Counted from the stretch's first letter, positions 48,681 through 58,695 are shown. The stretch is DNA of 64,000 bases from Alistipes sp. (GCA_045588935.1 JAZNFC010000050.1:12370-76369); one strand, 5' to 3'. A program made the numbers and translations. Notes: a model not told the origin generated them from the letters alone.

Positions 48681-51311
48681 ATGGCGATGAAAAAGATAAT
48701 ATACATAATACTCTGCTGCACGGCACTGCTTACCGTAGGTTGCCAGAGCAACGACACAGCCGACGCGGCCAACTATGGCTACGTACAGTTCAAGGTGGTG
48801 AAGAGCTCATCTTTGGAGCAGGTATCACGCGTCAGCGACATCCTCGACAACCTCGCCGATGCCGACAAGATTACGGTGGTGATGCAACACGATGGCTCGA
48901 CCATAACACAGACACTGCCTCTATCGAGCTACGATGATGAGAGTGCCGCATGGGGTCTGCAGAGCGAGAAACTGCGCCTTCTTGTTGGTAAGTACAACAT
49001 CATCGGCTATCAACTCTATAATGACAACAACATCGAGGAGGCGCTTCTCTCGGGAGGTAGTGCCGGAGAGTTTATCGTCGAGAAGGGTGGACTGACAACA
49101 AAGAGGATTGGCGTAAATGCCGTTGAGCGCGGCATGGTGTCATTCCGTCTTGACAAGGATTTTACGACACGCAGTGGCGAGGGCGAATATCGCTTCTCGA
49201 CAATCAAGAGTGTAGATATCACCGTGAAGAACAACACCACGAAGCAGAGCACGACATATAGCAAGCTTATGGTGCGTCATGTGAATGATTTTGCCGAGGG
49301 CTCGGCAGATGAGGAACTCTATGGCGACCACACAACTCACTACACGGAATATGCCCTTTGTGACACAGTAGTATGGATGGAGGCGGGCGACTATATCGTC
49401 ACCGAATATACAACCTACTCCGATACGAAGGCAAAGAAGAGACTCGAGAGGGCGACCATCGAGGATAAGGGGGCAACCTTCGAGGTGATGGACAACCTCC
49501 TGACAAAGGAGGCATCGGTGCCCATCATATGTAGCACCGCAGCCGAGCATATCAAGGATTATGAGGCATTAAAGGAGATATGGCTTGCGCTGAATGGTCC
49601 CGAATGGACATTCCATGGTGAGGAGTATGCCGCAGGCACTAATTGGGATTTCAACAAGGATATCGACCTCTGGGGTGTGCAGCCCGGCATCACGCTTAAT
49701 GCCGAGGGTCGCGTCGAGGGACTTAACATCTCGGGCTTTGGCGCCGAGGGCGTGATACCCGAGGCCATAGGTCAGCTCACGCAGCTTAAGACCCTCTACC
49801 TAGGCAACCACAACGAGCTTATCGGTGGCTACGATTATGCCGACCTCACAAAGCGCATCGACCCGATGGACTACAACCACAAGGTATTGGCATACGATGG
49901 TCGCGATGGCTTGAGCAAGGAGCTCAAGGATGTCATCAACCGCGACCCCGAGCAGCGACCCATACTCTCAAGCCGTATCAACCTCAAGGATGTAGCCTTT
50001 GGCAACTATACAAGCGGTATTTCCGGCATCTCACGTGCTGTGATGCGCCTGACGCTCCTCGAGCAGCTCTACATCGCCAACTGTCCAATTACCGATGATA
50101 CATTCTTCATCGACGTGGAAGAGGGCTCTCCCTACTATGACGAGCAGAGCACATGGAGCTGGGGCGACTTCGTAAACCTCACCGACCTTGAGATATACAA
50201 CTGTCCGAAGCTCGACCGCCTGCCCCGTGAGCTTATCACCGAGCTCCCGGCACTGCAGTCTGTGAACTTCGCCCTCAACCTAAATATCTCGGGCGAGCAG
50301 CTCCTCGAGGATTGGGAGGCCTTGGCCAAGGGAGAGTCGGGTGCCGATGTGCAAATTCTCTACCTCGGCTTCAACAACCTTAGGACGACACCCGAGCACA
50401 ACACCCTGAAGCTGATGAAGAAGCTCGGACTACTCGACTGCACGAATAACAAGATAGAGGTTGTGCATGCTCTGGGCAAGGATATCGTGCCTACAACCAT
50501 CTACTTCGATAACAACCGCATAACGAAGATTGAGACCGTCGATGGCTACTTCTGCGGCCTTGACCAAATGGAGACTTTCTCCTGCTCGGGCAACCTCCTC
50601 ACGGAGCTTCCCGACATCTTCACCGCCGCCTCAATATATACGATGCAGAGTGTCAACTTCTCGTCAAACAAGATATCGTCGCTGGAGCATGGTGATGCGT
50701 GGCGCGGTGTTAATGTCGCCACCCTCAACCTCGCAAATAACCACTTCGAGGAGTTGACGCCCCGAATTATAGGCTCGGGCTCGATTATCGAGACGTTAAT
50801 GTTAAGCGCCAATGGTATCCGCACCATAGAGAAGGGAGCACTGAAGGGCAAGAATAGCGAGACGCTAACAACCATAGACTTGAGTTTCAACCGCATAAGC
50901 GAGCTTCCCTATGATGATTTCAGCGCCTCAAACCTACCCTACCTATACGGCATAGACCTCTCAAGTAACGCCTTTGAGGAGTTCCCTTATGCACCATTGT
51001 CGATAGACCGACTAACCGTGATGAGCATTCGTCAGCAACGCGATGATGCAGGTAATCGCACACTACGAGAGTGGCCCCAAGGTCTCTCAACGTGTCCACG
51101 CATGTCGGCATTCTATATCGGGTCAAACGATTTGCGCAAGATTGACGATACGATATCGCCATATATCCTCCTCTTTGAGATTAAGGATAATCCCAACATC
51201 TCGATAGACTTAAGCAACGTGTGCCCCTACATCGAGATGGGATACTACGAGCTTATCTATGACTCGACACAGGATATACGTGGTTGCGACGCCCTAAACC
51301 TTGATAAATAA
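48681..51311 (+). CDS. Leucine-rich-repeat lipoprotein with N-terminal Ig-like (DUF4458-like) domains
   Basis: Lipobox TVGC; LRR N-cap DYEALKEIWLALNGPEW; many LxxLxLxxN repeats (LTQLKTLYLGNH, LTTIDLSFNRI, LYGIDLSSNAF). Confidence 0.9.
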   Translation: MAMKKIIYIILCCTALLTVGCQSNDTADAANYGYVQFKVVKSSSLEQVSRVSDILDNLADADKITVVMQHDGSTITQTLPLSSYDDESAAWGLQSEKLRLLVGKYNIIGYQLYNDNNIEEALLSGGSAGEFIVEKGGLTTKRIGVNAVERGMVSFRLDKDFTTRSGEGEYRFSTIKSVDITVKNNTTKQSTTYSKLMVRHVNDFAEGSADEELYGDHTTHYTEYALCDTVVWMEAGDYIVTEYTTYSDTKAKKRLERATIEDKGATFEVMDNLLTKEASVPIICSTAAEHIKDYEALKEIWLALNGPEWTFHGEEYAAGTNWDFNKDIDLWGVQPGITLNAEGRVEGLNISGFGAEGVIPEAIGQLTQLKTLYLGNHNELIGGYDYADLTKRIDPMDYNHKVLAYDGRDGLSKELKDVINRDPEQRPILSSRINLKDVAFGNYTSGISGISRAVMRLTLLEQLYIANCPITDDTFFIDVEEGSPYYDEQSTWSWGDFVNLTDLEIYNCPKLDRLPRELITELPALQSVNFALNLNISGEQLLEDWEALAKGESGADVQILYLGFNNLRTTPEHNTLKLMKKLGLLDCTNNKIEVVHALGKDIVPTTIYFDNNRITKIETVDGYFCGLDQMETFSCSGNLLTELPDIFTAASIYTMQSVNFSSNKISSLEHGDAWRGVNVATLNLANNHFEELTPRIIGSGSIIETLMLSANGIRTIEKGALKGKNSETLTTIDLSFNRISELPYDDFSASNLPYLYGIDLSSNAFEEFPYAPLSIDRLTVMSIRQQRDDAGNRTLREWPQGLSTCPRMSAFYIGSNDLRKIDDTISPYILLFEIKDNPNISIDLSNVCPYIEMGYYELIYDSTQDIRGCDALNLDK

Positions 51312-51319
51312 GAGCTACG

Positions 51320-53014
51320 ATGAAGCAGTTTTTCAGACATATACTTACGTTGGTAGCCACAGCTACCGCCATCACGGCATGTGTTGAGCACACCGAGTCC
51401 ATTACAGGCTTCCACTCCGATACCGCCACAATCGAGGCAGCAGCATCGGGTGGTGAGTATAACATAAAGATACGCTCGGCAAAGGAGTGGACCGCCGTGG
51501 CAAACAGCCCATGGATTATGATATCGCCCGCAAATGGTCGTGGCGATATAGAGTGCATCGTTAAGATTGACTCAGCGATGAAGAACGATATGCGCAGCAC
51601 CGACATCAACTTCTCATCGGCAGGCGAGATACTGCATAAGGTCTCCGTAAATCAGCAGGGCTATGCCAAGAGCATCACCCCCGATGAGGCGGAGCGCACA
51701 ATTGCTGCCTCGGCAAAGCGCGCCGACCGCTGGTTTGAGACCGAGATTACGACAAACGTAGATTTCGAGATTGTACCCGAGTATGGAAGCGATAAGGCGT
51801 GGCTAACGGTGAGCGACCATAGCCTCAACCTCGACCGTGGAGCACGTCCCCGCACCACACGCGTGAAGGTCGAGTGGAAGATGAACTCCGACGCCGTGGA
51901 GCGCACCGCCAAGCTGCATCTGCGAGCCAAGAACCCAGAGGATGAACCCACAACACCCTCGTATATCATTGTGCGTCAGAATGCTGCACCCCGCATAGAG
52001 GATAATCGTCAGGGTGACTCTTTAGCTGTAGTAACCATCTTTGAGAAGCTCGAGTCGTGGGGCGACAACGGCATCTCGACAACCGAAAGCATGCAACATT
52101 GGGAATGTGTACGTCTATGGGAAGCTACGGATAAGAGCCTACCCGAGGCCTCGGCCGTAGGTCGTGTGCGAGATCTTGAGTTGAGCTACTTTAACACAGA
52201 GGAGGGCATACCCTCGGAGATTAAGCACCTGAAGTATCTTGAAACACTATCGCTCTTTGGCAACGTTAACACGATGCTTAAATCTATAGAGATGGGAGAG
52301 GAGGTATGTGAGCTTCAATACTTGAAGGACTTGCGTATAGCGGCCTTCGGACTGATATCACTTCCTGCAAACTTCATTAATCTTGGTGACACACTCGAGA
52401 CCCTTGACCTCAACTCCAATAATTTCAATGCTGTGCCTGAAGTTATCACGGCCGAGAACTTCCCGAAGTTGAAGTCCTTGAACCTTGCAAGCTGCCGCCG
52501 CTCCTCTATTCTTGACCTGCGCAACGCCTCGACCGCAGAGAAGGGCATAGGCATGACTACCGACATGGAGAGAGAGGATATCATTAAGAGGATGTTTCTG
52601 TGGGAGTCTCTCGAGGAGTTGGTATTGTCGTATAACTATATCGAGGGCAGGCTCCCCGACTTTAAGGTTGGCGAGGATGGCATACGTGAGTATCGTGCAG
52701 ATGATATGGAGGTCGTCGAGCGTGGCGATACGCTAAAGTGGGCTGTAGAGAACAGACTGCCACGCATATTGCCCAACATGAAGTCGCTGAAGATAAACCT
52801 CAACTTTATGACGGGAGAGCTTCCCGAGTGGTTGCTCTACCACCCACGACTTATCGAGTGGGCACCCGAGGTGCTTATCTACCCGCAGCAAGAGAAGGCT
52901 ATAGATAGCCGAGGTGTGAAGGCAGGATTTAGCAATACCCCGACCTCGCGCGAGGAGTACTTCATGCGCTATCCCTTAATGCGTGGTCGTTTTGAGTATA
53001 ACGAAGAAATGTAA
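51320..53014 (+). CDS. BACON-domain + leucine-rich-repeat lipoprotein
   Basis: Lipobox ITAC; BACON (SAKEWTAVANSPWIMISPANG, ERTAKL); LRRs (LETLSLFGN, LETLDLNSNNF, LEELVLSYNY). Confidence 0.88.
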   Translation: MKQFFRHILTLVATATAITACVEHTESITGFHSDTATIEAAASGGEYNIKIRSAKEWTAVANSPWIMISPANGRGDIECIVKIDSAMKNDMRSTDINFSSAGEILHKVSVNQQGYAKSITPDEAERTIAASAKRADRWFETEITTNVDFEIVPEYGSDKAWLTVSDHSLNLDRGARPRTTRVKVEWKMNSDAVERTAKLHLRAKNPEDEPTTPSYIIVRQNAAPRIEDNRQGDSLAVVTIFEKLESWGDNGISTTESMQHWECVRLWEATDKSLPEASAVGRVRDLELSYFNTEEGIPSEIKHLKYLETLSLFGNVNTMLKSIEMGEEVCELQYLKDLRIAAFGLISLPANFINLGDTLETLDLNSNNFNAVPEVITAENFPKLKSLNLASCRRSSILDLRNASTAEKGIGMTTDMEREDIIKRMFLWESLEELVLSYNYIEGRLPDFKVGEDGIREYRADDMEVVERGDTLKWAVENRLPRILPNMKSLKINLNFMTGELPEWLLYHPRLIEWAPEVLIYPQQEKAIDSRGVKAGFSNTPTSREEYFMRYPLMRGRFEYNEEM

Positions 53015-53022
53015 CATAGACG

Positions 53023-55068
53023 ATGAGAAAATATATAGCATACATAGCCGTCATGGCCATAGCTGCGGCGTGCGTGAAGGATATTGAGCATGACAATAGG
53101 GATGGTGCTACCACACCCTCCATCACTATTCCCGAGGGAGCCACACAGGGTGAGGTCATCATCAAGTTCAAGCCCGAGATGGAGGAGATATTGGATATGA
53201 CAATGACTCGCTCCGAGGGGTTATCTACCCGCTCGGGCATACCCTCAACCGATGAGGTGCTTGACATCCTCGGCGCATATAGCTTCGAACGCGTATTTCC
53301 CGTAGATAGTCGCCACGAGGCTCGCACACGCGAGGCCGGGCTACACCTATGGTATATCGTGCGCTTCGATGCGCAGGAGACCTTGAGCTCGGCCTTTGAG
53401 CGTCTATCACAGTTGGGCGAGGTGGACCTTCTGCAGTGCAACCGACCTATAGCTCGTACTTACAACCCTAATATACAGCCAACATTTATCAGCTGTGAGG
53501 AGGCCGCTACACGTGTTACACGTGGTGAGCAGAGTGCAGCACCCTTCAACGACCCCTATCTGCATCATCAGTGGTGTTACATAAACGATGGTCTTGGCAC
53601 CTTCGGTCAGGAGTGGGCCCCCGTTAAGGCTGGCGCAGATGCCGGATGTAAGGAGGCCTGGGAGCTCTGCACCGGTGACGAAGAGATTATCGTGGCGGTG
53701 ATGGACGAGGCTGTGATGTGGAGCCACCCCGACCTTGCGGATAACATCTGGGTTAACGAGGTGGAGCAGCTGCACGCCGGCGTCGATGCCGACGGCAACG
53801 GATATAAGGATGATCGCTACGGATATAATTTTGTGCGCAATACGCCTATCACCTCATGGACATCCAATGGCAGTACAGGTCATGGCACACACGTGGCGGG
53901 CACCATCGCTGCGGTAAATGACAACGGAATAGGAGTATCGGGTATCGCCGGAGGTGGCAAAGGCATGAGAGGTGTTAAGATTATGACCCTCCAGCTCTTC
54001 GACGGCATGAACTCATGCTCGTTGGCAATGGAGGCGCGCGCCATGAAGTATGCTGCCGACAACGGAGCCGTGATTTTGCAGTGCTCATGGGGATACAACT
54101 CTGCAAAGTCAAATCTTATTATGGGATATACACCTGGCCCGGCAACCGAGGAGGAGTGGGCGGCCATATACCCCTTGGAGAAGGAGGCTCTGGACTACTT
54201 CATACATACGGCAGGCTCACCCAATGGGGTTATAGATGGTGGTCTTGCGATTTTTGCCTCGGGTAACGAGTACTCGGCACAATCATCCTTCCCTGCTGCT
54301 TACTCAAAGTGTATCTCTGTGGCCGCCATTGCTGCAGACTACACTCCAGCCTCATACTCGAACTATGGCGAGGAGGTGTTGCTATGTGCGCCGGGAGGTG
54401 ACCTTGAATATTATGGCACACCGGGGCAGGGCGACAATACCTTCGACAATGAGGGCAACCTACTACCACAGGGTGCCATATTCTCTACGCTGGTGACCGA
54501 TGGCGTGGCGGGCTATGGCTACTATGAGGGCACCTCCATGGCGTGTCCCCATGTATCGGGTGTTGCAGCTCTCGGCCTTGCCTATGCCAAGCAGATGAAG
54601 CGCCACTACACATGGGAGGAGTATCGCGACCTTATGTATGAGGTGTCACGCGATATAGAGGAGTATTTCGTGGGCGAGAAGCTATATCACATGCGTCACG
54701 AATCGACGGGGGCCATTCCCGTGAGGATGAACCTTGCAGACTACCGAGGTAAGATGGGACATCTCATCGATGCGGGAGCTCTGTTGAAGGCTATTGGCGA
54801 GCATGGTCGCACGATGCGTCTGCCCAACATCTACCTTGCTCCCGAGAAGAGCATGGTGCTCGACTTGAGCGACTACCTCACTTCTACGGCAAAGAGTGCA
54901 ACGATAAATAACAATGATGTTGCTTTAGTTACGCTTGAGAGCAACAAGCTCACGATTACGGCCAAGGCTATAGGTCACTCAACGATAACCATCGTAACGG
55001 AGGATAACGAGGAGCACCACACGACAATTACCATACGCGAAGGTGCCTCGGACAATGGTTGGTTCTAA
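53023..55068 (+). CDS. Subtilisin-like S8 serine peptidase, lipoprotein
   Basis: Lipobox AAAC; VMDEA / HGTHVAG / ASGN / GTSMACPHV; prodomain GEVIIKFKP...GLHLWYIVRF. Confidence 0.95.
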   Translation: MRKYIAYIAVMAIAAACVKDIEHDNRDGATTPSITIPEGATQGEVIIKFKPEMEEILDMTMTRSEGLSTRSGIPSTDEVLDILGAYSFERVFPVDSRHEARTREAGLHLWYIVRFDAQETLSSAFERLSQLGEVDLLQCNRPIARTYNPNIQPTFISCEEAATRVTRGEQSAAPFNDPYLHHQWCYINDGLGTFGQEWAPVKAGADAGCKEAWELCTGDEEIIVAVMDEAVMWSHPDLADNIWVNEVEQLHAGVDADGNGYKDDRYGYNFVRNTPITSWTSNGSTGHGTHVAGTIAAVNDNGIGVSGIAGGGKGMRGVKIMTLQLFDGMNSCSLAMEARAMKYAADNGAVILQCSWGYNSAKSNLIMGYTPGPATEEEWAAIYPLEKEALDYFIHTAGSPNGVIDGGLAIFASGNEYSAQSSFPAAYSKCISVAAIAADYTPASYSNYGEEVLLCAPGGDLEYYGTPGQGDNTFDNEGNLLPQGAIFSTLVTDGVAGYGYYEGTSMACPHVSGVAALGLAYAKQMKRHYTWEEYRDLMYEVSRDIEEYFVGEKLYHMRHESTGAIPVRMNLADYRGKMGHLIDAGALLKAIGEHGRTMRLPNIYLAPEKSMVLDLSDYLTSTAKSATINNNDVALVTLESNKLTITAKAIGHSTITIVTEDNEEHHTTITIREGASDNGWF

Positions 55069-55079
55069 CGTATAGCACA

Positions 55080-55874
55080 ATGTTGAGGCAGCCGAGAAAT
55101 ATAACTGTGATGATATTGGGTATGGTACTTATGTGCATAACCCCTACGACCCATGCACAAGTGCTGCTCTCACGTAGTGCTCTCGACTCGTTGGTCAATC
55201 CCCGCCTATCGGGCCACTCCTCGGGAGCTATTACACTCTCACAGCGAGAGGTCGCATTAGGTGAGATTGATGATAACAGAAACCTCGACATTGAGGTTAC
55301 GCTGCGCAACACTTCGCAGCGAGAGCTTACAATAACCACCCTGCGTTCGACATGCAGCTGCTTGGTGATTAAGAGTGAGCCTTGCACGCTACAGCCTAAC
55401 GAGAGCATGCCTCTACGCGTAAGCTTCAACCCGACAGGGCGTAGCAACAGCTTCAACGTCGGCGTGATGATATATACCTCGCTCGACACGGAGCTGCCCA
55501 CCGAGCGTCTAACAATAACAGGCACGGTTACGGCATCGGATAGATGGGCACACTACAAGGAGAGAATGGGTGAAGTAGGCATGATGACGCGCAACGTTAC
55601 CATTACCGACATCAAGACGGGCACAACACGTCAAGAGCGTATCGCCTGTGTAAATAGCGGAGATAAGCCAATACGTCTAACCGCGCGGAGCACCATCGAG
55701 GGAATTAAGCTACACACCAAGCCCGACGTGTTACAGCCCGAGAGCGAGGGAGATATCGTAATAAGCTACCGAGCACCACAGGGTGTGACACACGACATCG
55801 AGACAATGCTGATTGTAGAGGGTGTAGCAGGCTCGATAGCCGAACGAATGATACGAATAACGATAAAGAGATAG
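55080..55874 (+). CDS. DUF1573-like secreted Ig-fold protein
   Basis: Signal ending THA-Q; LRNTS...TCSCL...LQPNES...VSFNP motif, with a second related domain. Start reassigned to 55080. Confidence 0.75.
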   Translation: MLRQPRNITVMILGMVLMCITPTTHAQVLLSRSALDSLVNPRLSGHSSGAITLSQREVALGEIDDNRNLDIEVTLRNTSQRELTITTLRSTCSCLVIKSEPCTLQPNESMPLRVSFNPTGRSNSFNVGVMIYTSLDTELPTERLTITGTVTASDRWAHYKERMGEVGMMTRNVTITDIKTGTTRQERIACVNSGDKPIRLTARSTIEGIKLHTKPDVLQPESEGDIVISYRAPQGVTHDIETMLIVEGVAGSIAERMIRITIKR

Positions 55875-55879
55875 ATACA

Positions 55880-56332
55880 ATGATGAAACTAATTCAAAAA
55901 CTATGGAGCGTGGCCCTTCTTGTATCACTCCTATTTGTGGGATGTGACAACGAAACGGAGCGCAACGACAAGCCTGTGGCGGCCGTAACCTACTACCTTA
56001 TGAATGGTTCCTGGCAGCTCACCGAGCTCAATGGTGATGCTTTAGCCGAGGGCACATACATGTACGTCGAATTTAATCGCACGGAGCACAGCTTCGACAT
56101 CTTCACCAACATTGGCTCGATGTATGGTCGCCACACGACAGGCATCTTCGTAATCGAGCAGGATGAGTATGAGAATTACATCCTCTCGGGCAGCTACGAC
56201 AATGGTGTGGGCGACTGGAACGACAGCTATCGCGTGGAGGCCACCGAGGGTGGAGAGAAGATGCTCTGGCAGGGCAAAACAACAAACGAGTACATGGCAT
56301 TTGAACGCATAGAGAGTATTCCCGAGATATAA
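55880..56332 (+). CDS. Lipocalin-like lipoprotein
   Basis: Lipobox FVGC; MNGSWQLTELNG and LSGSYDNGVGDW...Y motifs, homologous to the three left-locus lipocalins. Confidence 0.8.
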   Translation: MMKLIQKLWSVALLVSLLFVGCDNETERNDKPVAAVTYYLMNGSWQLTELNGDALAEGTYMYVEFNRTEHSFDIFTNIGSMYGRHTTGIFVIEQDEYENYILSGSYDNGVGDWNDSYRVEATEGGEKMLWQGKTTNEYMAFERIESIPEI

Positions 56333-56353
56333 CCAACTAACACTCAATAAGAT

Positions 56354-58516
56354 ATGAAAACATTTAAGAAAGTTTTGGCAATGCTCATAGCGGTATTGGC
56401 CATCGCGACTATCTACGGTTGCGAGAATAGCAATGATGTTGATAACAAGGGTAAGCGCCCGACTATCAGCATTCTTGAGCCTTCGTTCTATTCGGATAGA
56501 ATGCTCCTCGAGGCTATCATCATGCCTTCGACCGACACCGAGAAAGTTTATTACAAATGTGAGACCGAGGGCGAGACCTTGGAGTATAACGTACAGGAGG
56601 GCGCCGAGCCGGTAGATGTGCAGGTAGATGTGGAGTATGGCAAGACATACACCATCACTGCCTATGCCGAGAATAAGGCGGGCAAGAGTGATGTGGCGAC
56701 ATACGAATACACCGTTGTCACTGATAAGGAGGTAACCATAGCGGTTAGCGACATCACGATTAATGCCGAGACCTCAAAAGCCGAGGTGACGGTAACACCC
56801 TCGGAGATTGTGACGAAGTGGTACTATAAGGGCTATTTTAGTGATGCTGCGACCGAGGTGGAGTGGACAGAGGTAGAGGGCAACGAGACCAAGACCCTCT
56901 CGTTTGACTATGAGCCTGGACGCACATTGACGGTTGTTGTTTATGGCGTATGTGGAGATAAGAAGTCAGAAGAGGTGAGCCATAGCTTTCTTAAGATTAA
57001 GGATGTAGCGAGTATTATCATTCAGAACCTCACATCCTACTCTGTAGATGCTGTGGTGACGAAGGCTGACCACTGCGTGAAGTATGTATGTGGTGCCGTA
57101 CACAGCACGGCATACAACGAGGCCGACTTCGTGGAGCAGGCACAGCGATCACTCAACCCCGACACTAATACATCGTTCATGCCCTTTAACACGGCTCTCG
57201 ATAGCCGCACATTCAGCGAGCAGGACTTGGTACGCAACTCACTATCCACAAATGCCGAGAGTGCAGGCCTGCTAATTACGGCCGGCACAAGCTACACCGT
57301 AGCGGTATATGGCGAGGATAAGGATGGTAATTATAATGTCGTAACCGAGGAGTTCACGGCACCAGCCCCAGAGCTCAACGGCAACCTCGAGATATCCATA
57401 TCACTGGAAGAGATTACCGAGACATCGGCAACGGCAAAGATTACCGCCGCCGAGAGTTGCAAGGTGCTCTTCGGACTTATTGACCCCGAGATTGCAAAGG
57501 CCAACAGCGAGAATGGTCTCGACTTCGACACCGCAACAGATGCAGAGATTAAAGCCTATATCCTCAAGGAGGAAGGCTCTCTGCCTACGATATATACCGA
57601 GCCTTTCACCACGACATTGAGCAATATTCTTGCTGTAGGCAAGGAGTATGTAGCCTATGCCATAGCCATTAAGGAGGGTAAAGTCGGAGAGGTTGACTAT
57701 GAGAAGTTCTCGACCGAGACCCCTACATTGACCGGCATAGCAAAGATTACGGATGCAGAGATTCTTGACCAAACATCTGCCGACAAGCTCCGTATAAATA
57801 TTATTACCGATGAGAATGCAAAAAAGGTACGTCTCTATGCGGCACCCGCAACTGACCACGCTGCAAACAAGGACAACTTGATATATATTCTTGATGCAGA
57901 GGATTATCAGAACTATCGTGAGGAGTTTGAGGTCAAAGATGGCGTGGCTTCAGCTATGGTAGAGATATATCACCCGGGAGATAACTACTATATCTATGCT
58001 TCAGCCGTAGATAGCGATGGTAAGGCCGGCGAAATGGTGTGCGTTGCAACACTCTCGGGCCTTGACACAGAGTACTACACTACGATGGTCGAGGAGGTAA
58101 CCCAGTTAGTATTTGATGGTACGGCAACTGTAGATATGACCGTTTCGGTTATCAGCGAGACCGAGGATCAGATTAGCGTAAGTATCAACACCGACAAACG
58201 CTCGACAAATGCCGATAAGGTATATCTTATCCGTTTAGGAGATGATAAGGTGAGCAACATCAATAATAGGTTGCAGACGACATTTGCCGAGTACCCCAAC
58301 CGCATCATCGGAGCATACAAGATTGGCGAGGTCGGCACCGAGGTGCGTTACGAGAATATAGGTACGGGATTTGGTTTCAACGATAAGTTTGAGGCTTTGA
58401 ACAAGTACGATATGTCGGCCGGTGGCGATATCATCGTAGCTGTTGTTCTCGACACCGATGGCAAACTTAATATTCACAGCTACTATGCTGCAGGTAAGAG
58501 CGTAGAGCTCTTCTAA
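56354..58516 (+). CDS. Surface lipoprotein with tandem FN3/Ig-like domains
   Basis: Lipobox IYGC; repeated FN3-like strands (GKTYTITAYAEN, AGTSYTVAVYGED, GKEYVAYAIA, GDNYYIYASAVD). Confidence 0.75.
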   Translation: MKTFKKVLAMLIAVLAIATIYGCENSNDVDNKGKRPTISILEPSFYSDRMLLEAIIMPSTDTEKVYYKCETEGETLEYNVQEGAEPVDVQVDVEYGKTYTITAYAENKAGKSDVATYEYTVVTDKEVTIAVSDITINAETSKAEVTVTPSEIVTKWYYKGYFSDAATEVEWTEVEGNETKTLSFDYEPGRTLTVVVYGVCGDKKSEEVSHSFLKIKDVASIIIQNLTSYSVDAVVTKADHCVKYVCGAVHSTAYNEADFVEQAQRSLNPDTNTSFMPFNTALDSRTFSEQDLVRNSLSTNAESAGLLITAGTSYTVAVYGEDKDGNYNVVTEEFTAPAPELNGNLEISISLEEITETSATAKITAAESCKVLFGLIDPEIAKANSENGLDFDTATDAEIKAYILKEEGSLPTIYTEPFTTTLSNILAVGKEYVAYAIAIKEGKVGEVDYEKFSTETPTLTGIAKITDAEILDQTSADKLRINIITDENAKKVRLYAAPATDHAANKDNLIYILDAEDYQNYREEFEVKDGVASAMVEIYHPGDNYYIYASAVDSDGKAGEMVCVATLSGLDTEYYTTMVEEVTQLVFDGTATVDMTVSVISETEDQISVSINTDKRSTNADKVYLIRLGDDKVSNINNRLQTTFAEYPNRIIGAYKIGEVGTEVRYENIGTGFGFNDKFEALNKYDMSAGGDIIVAVVLDTDGKLNIHSYYAAGKSVELF

Positions 58517-58538
58517 AGCGGGCATTATCCTATATTAT

Positions 58539-58569
58539 GAGCTCTCCGTCGTGGCGGAGAGCTCTTTTT
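58539..58569 (+). terminator. Intrinsic terminator ending the right SusCD locus
   Basis: GAGCTCTCCG-tcgtgg-CGGAGAGCTC followed by TTTTT. Confidence 0.85.
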
Positions 58570-58604
58570 GTACTATACCGGAGAAAGATGGGGCAAAAAA
58601 TTTG

Positions 58605-58636
58605 TTTGGCATTTAGCTAAAAAGTTCGTAACTTTG
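58605..58636 (+). promoter_or_regulatory. -33/-7 promoter
   Basis: TTTG at 58605 and TAACTTTG at 58629-58636. Confidence 0.65.
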
Positions 58637-58695
58637 TAGGAAATATGTGCATATAGTTACACAAGGCAAATAAGCTATACGACAAACATAGAGAT

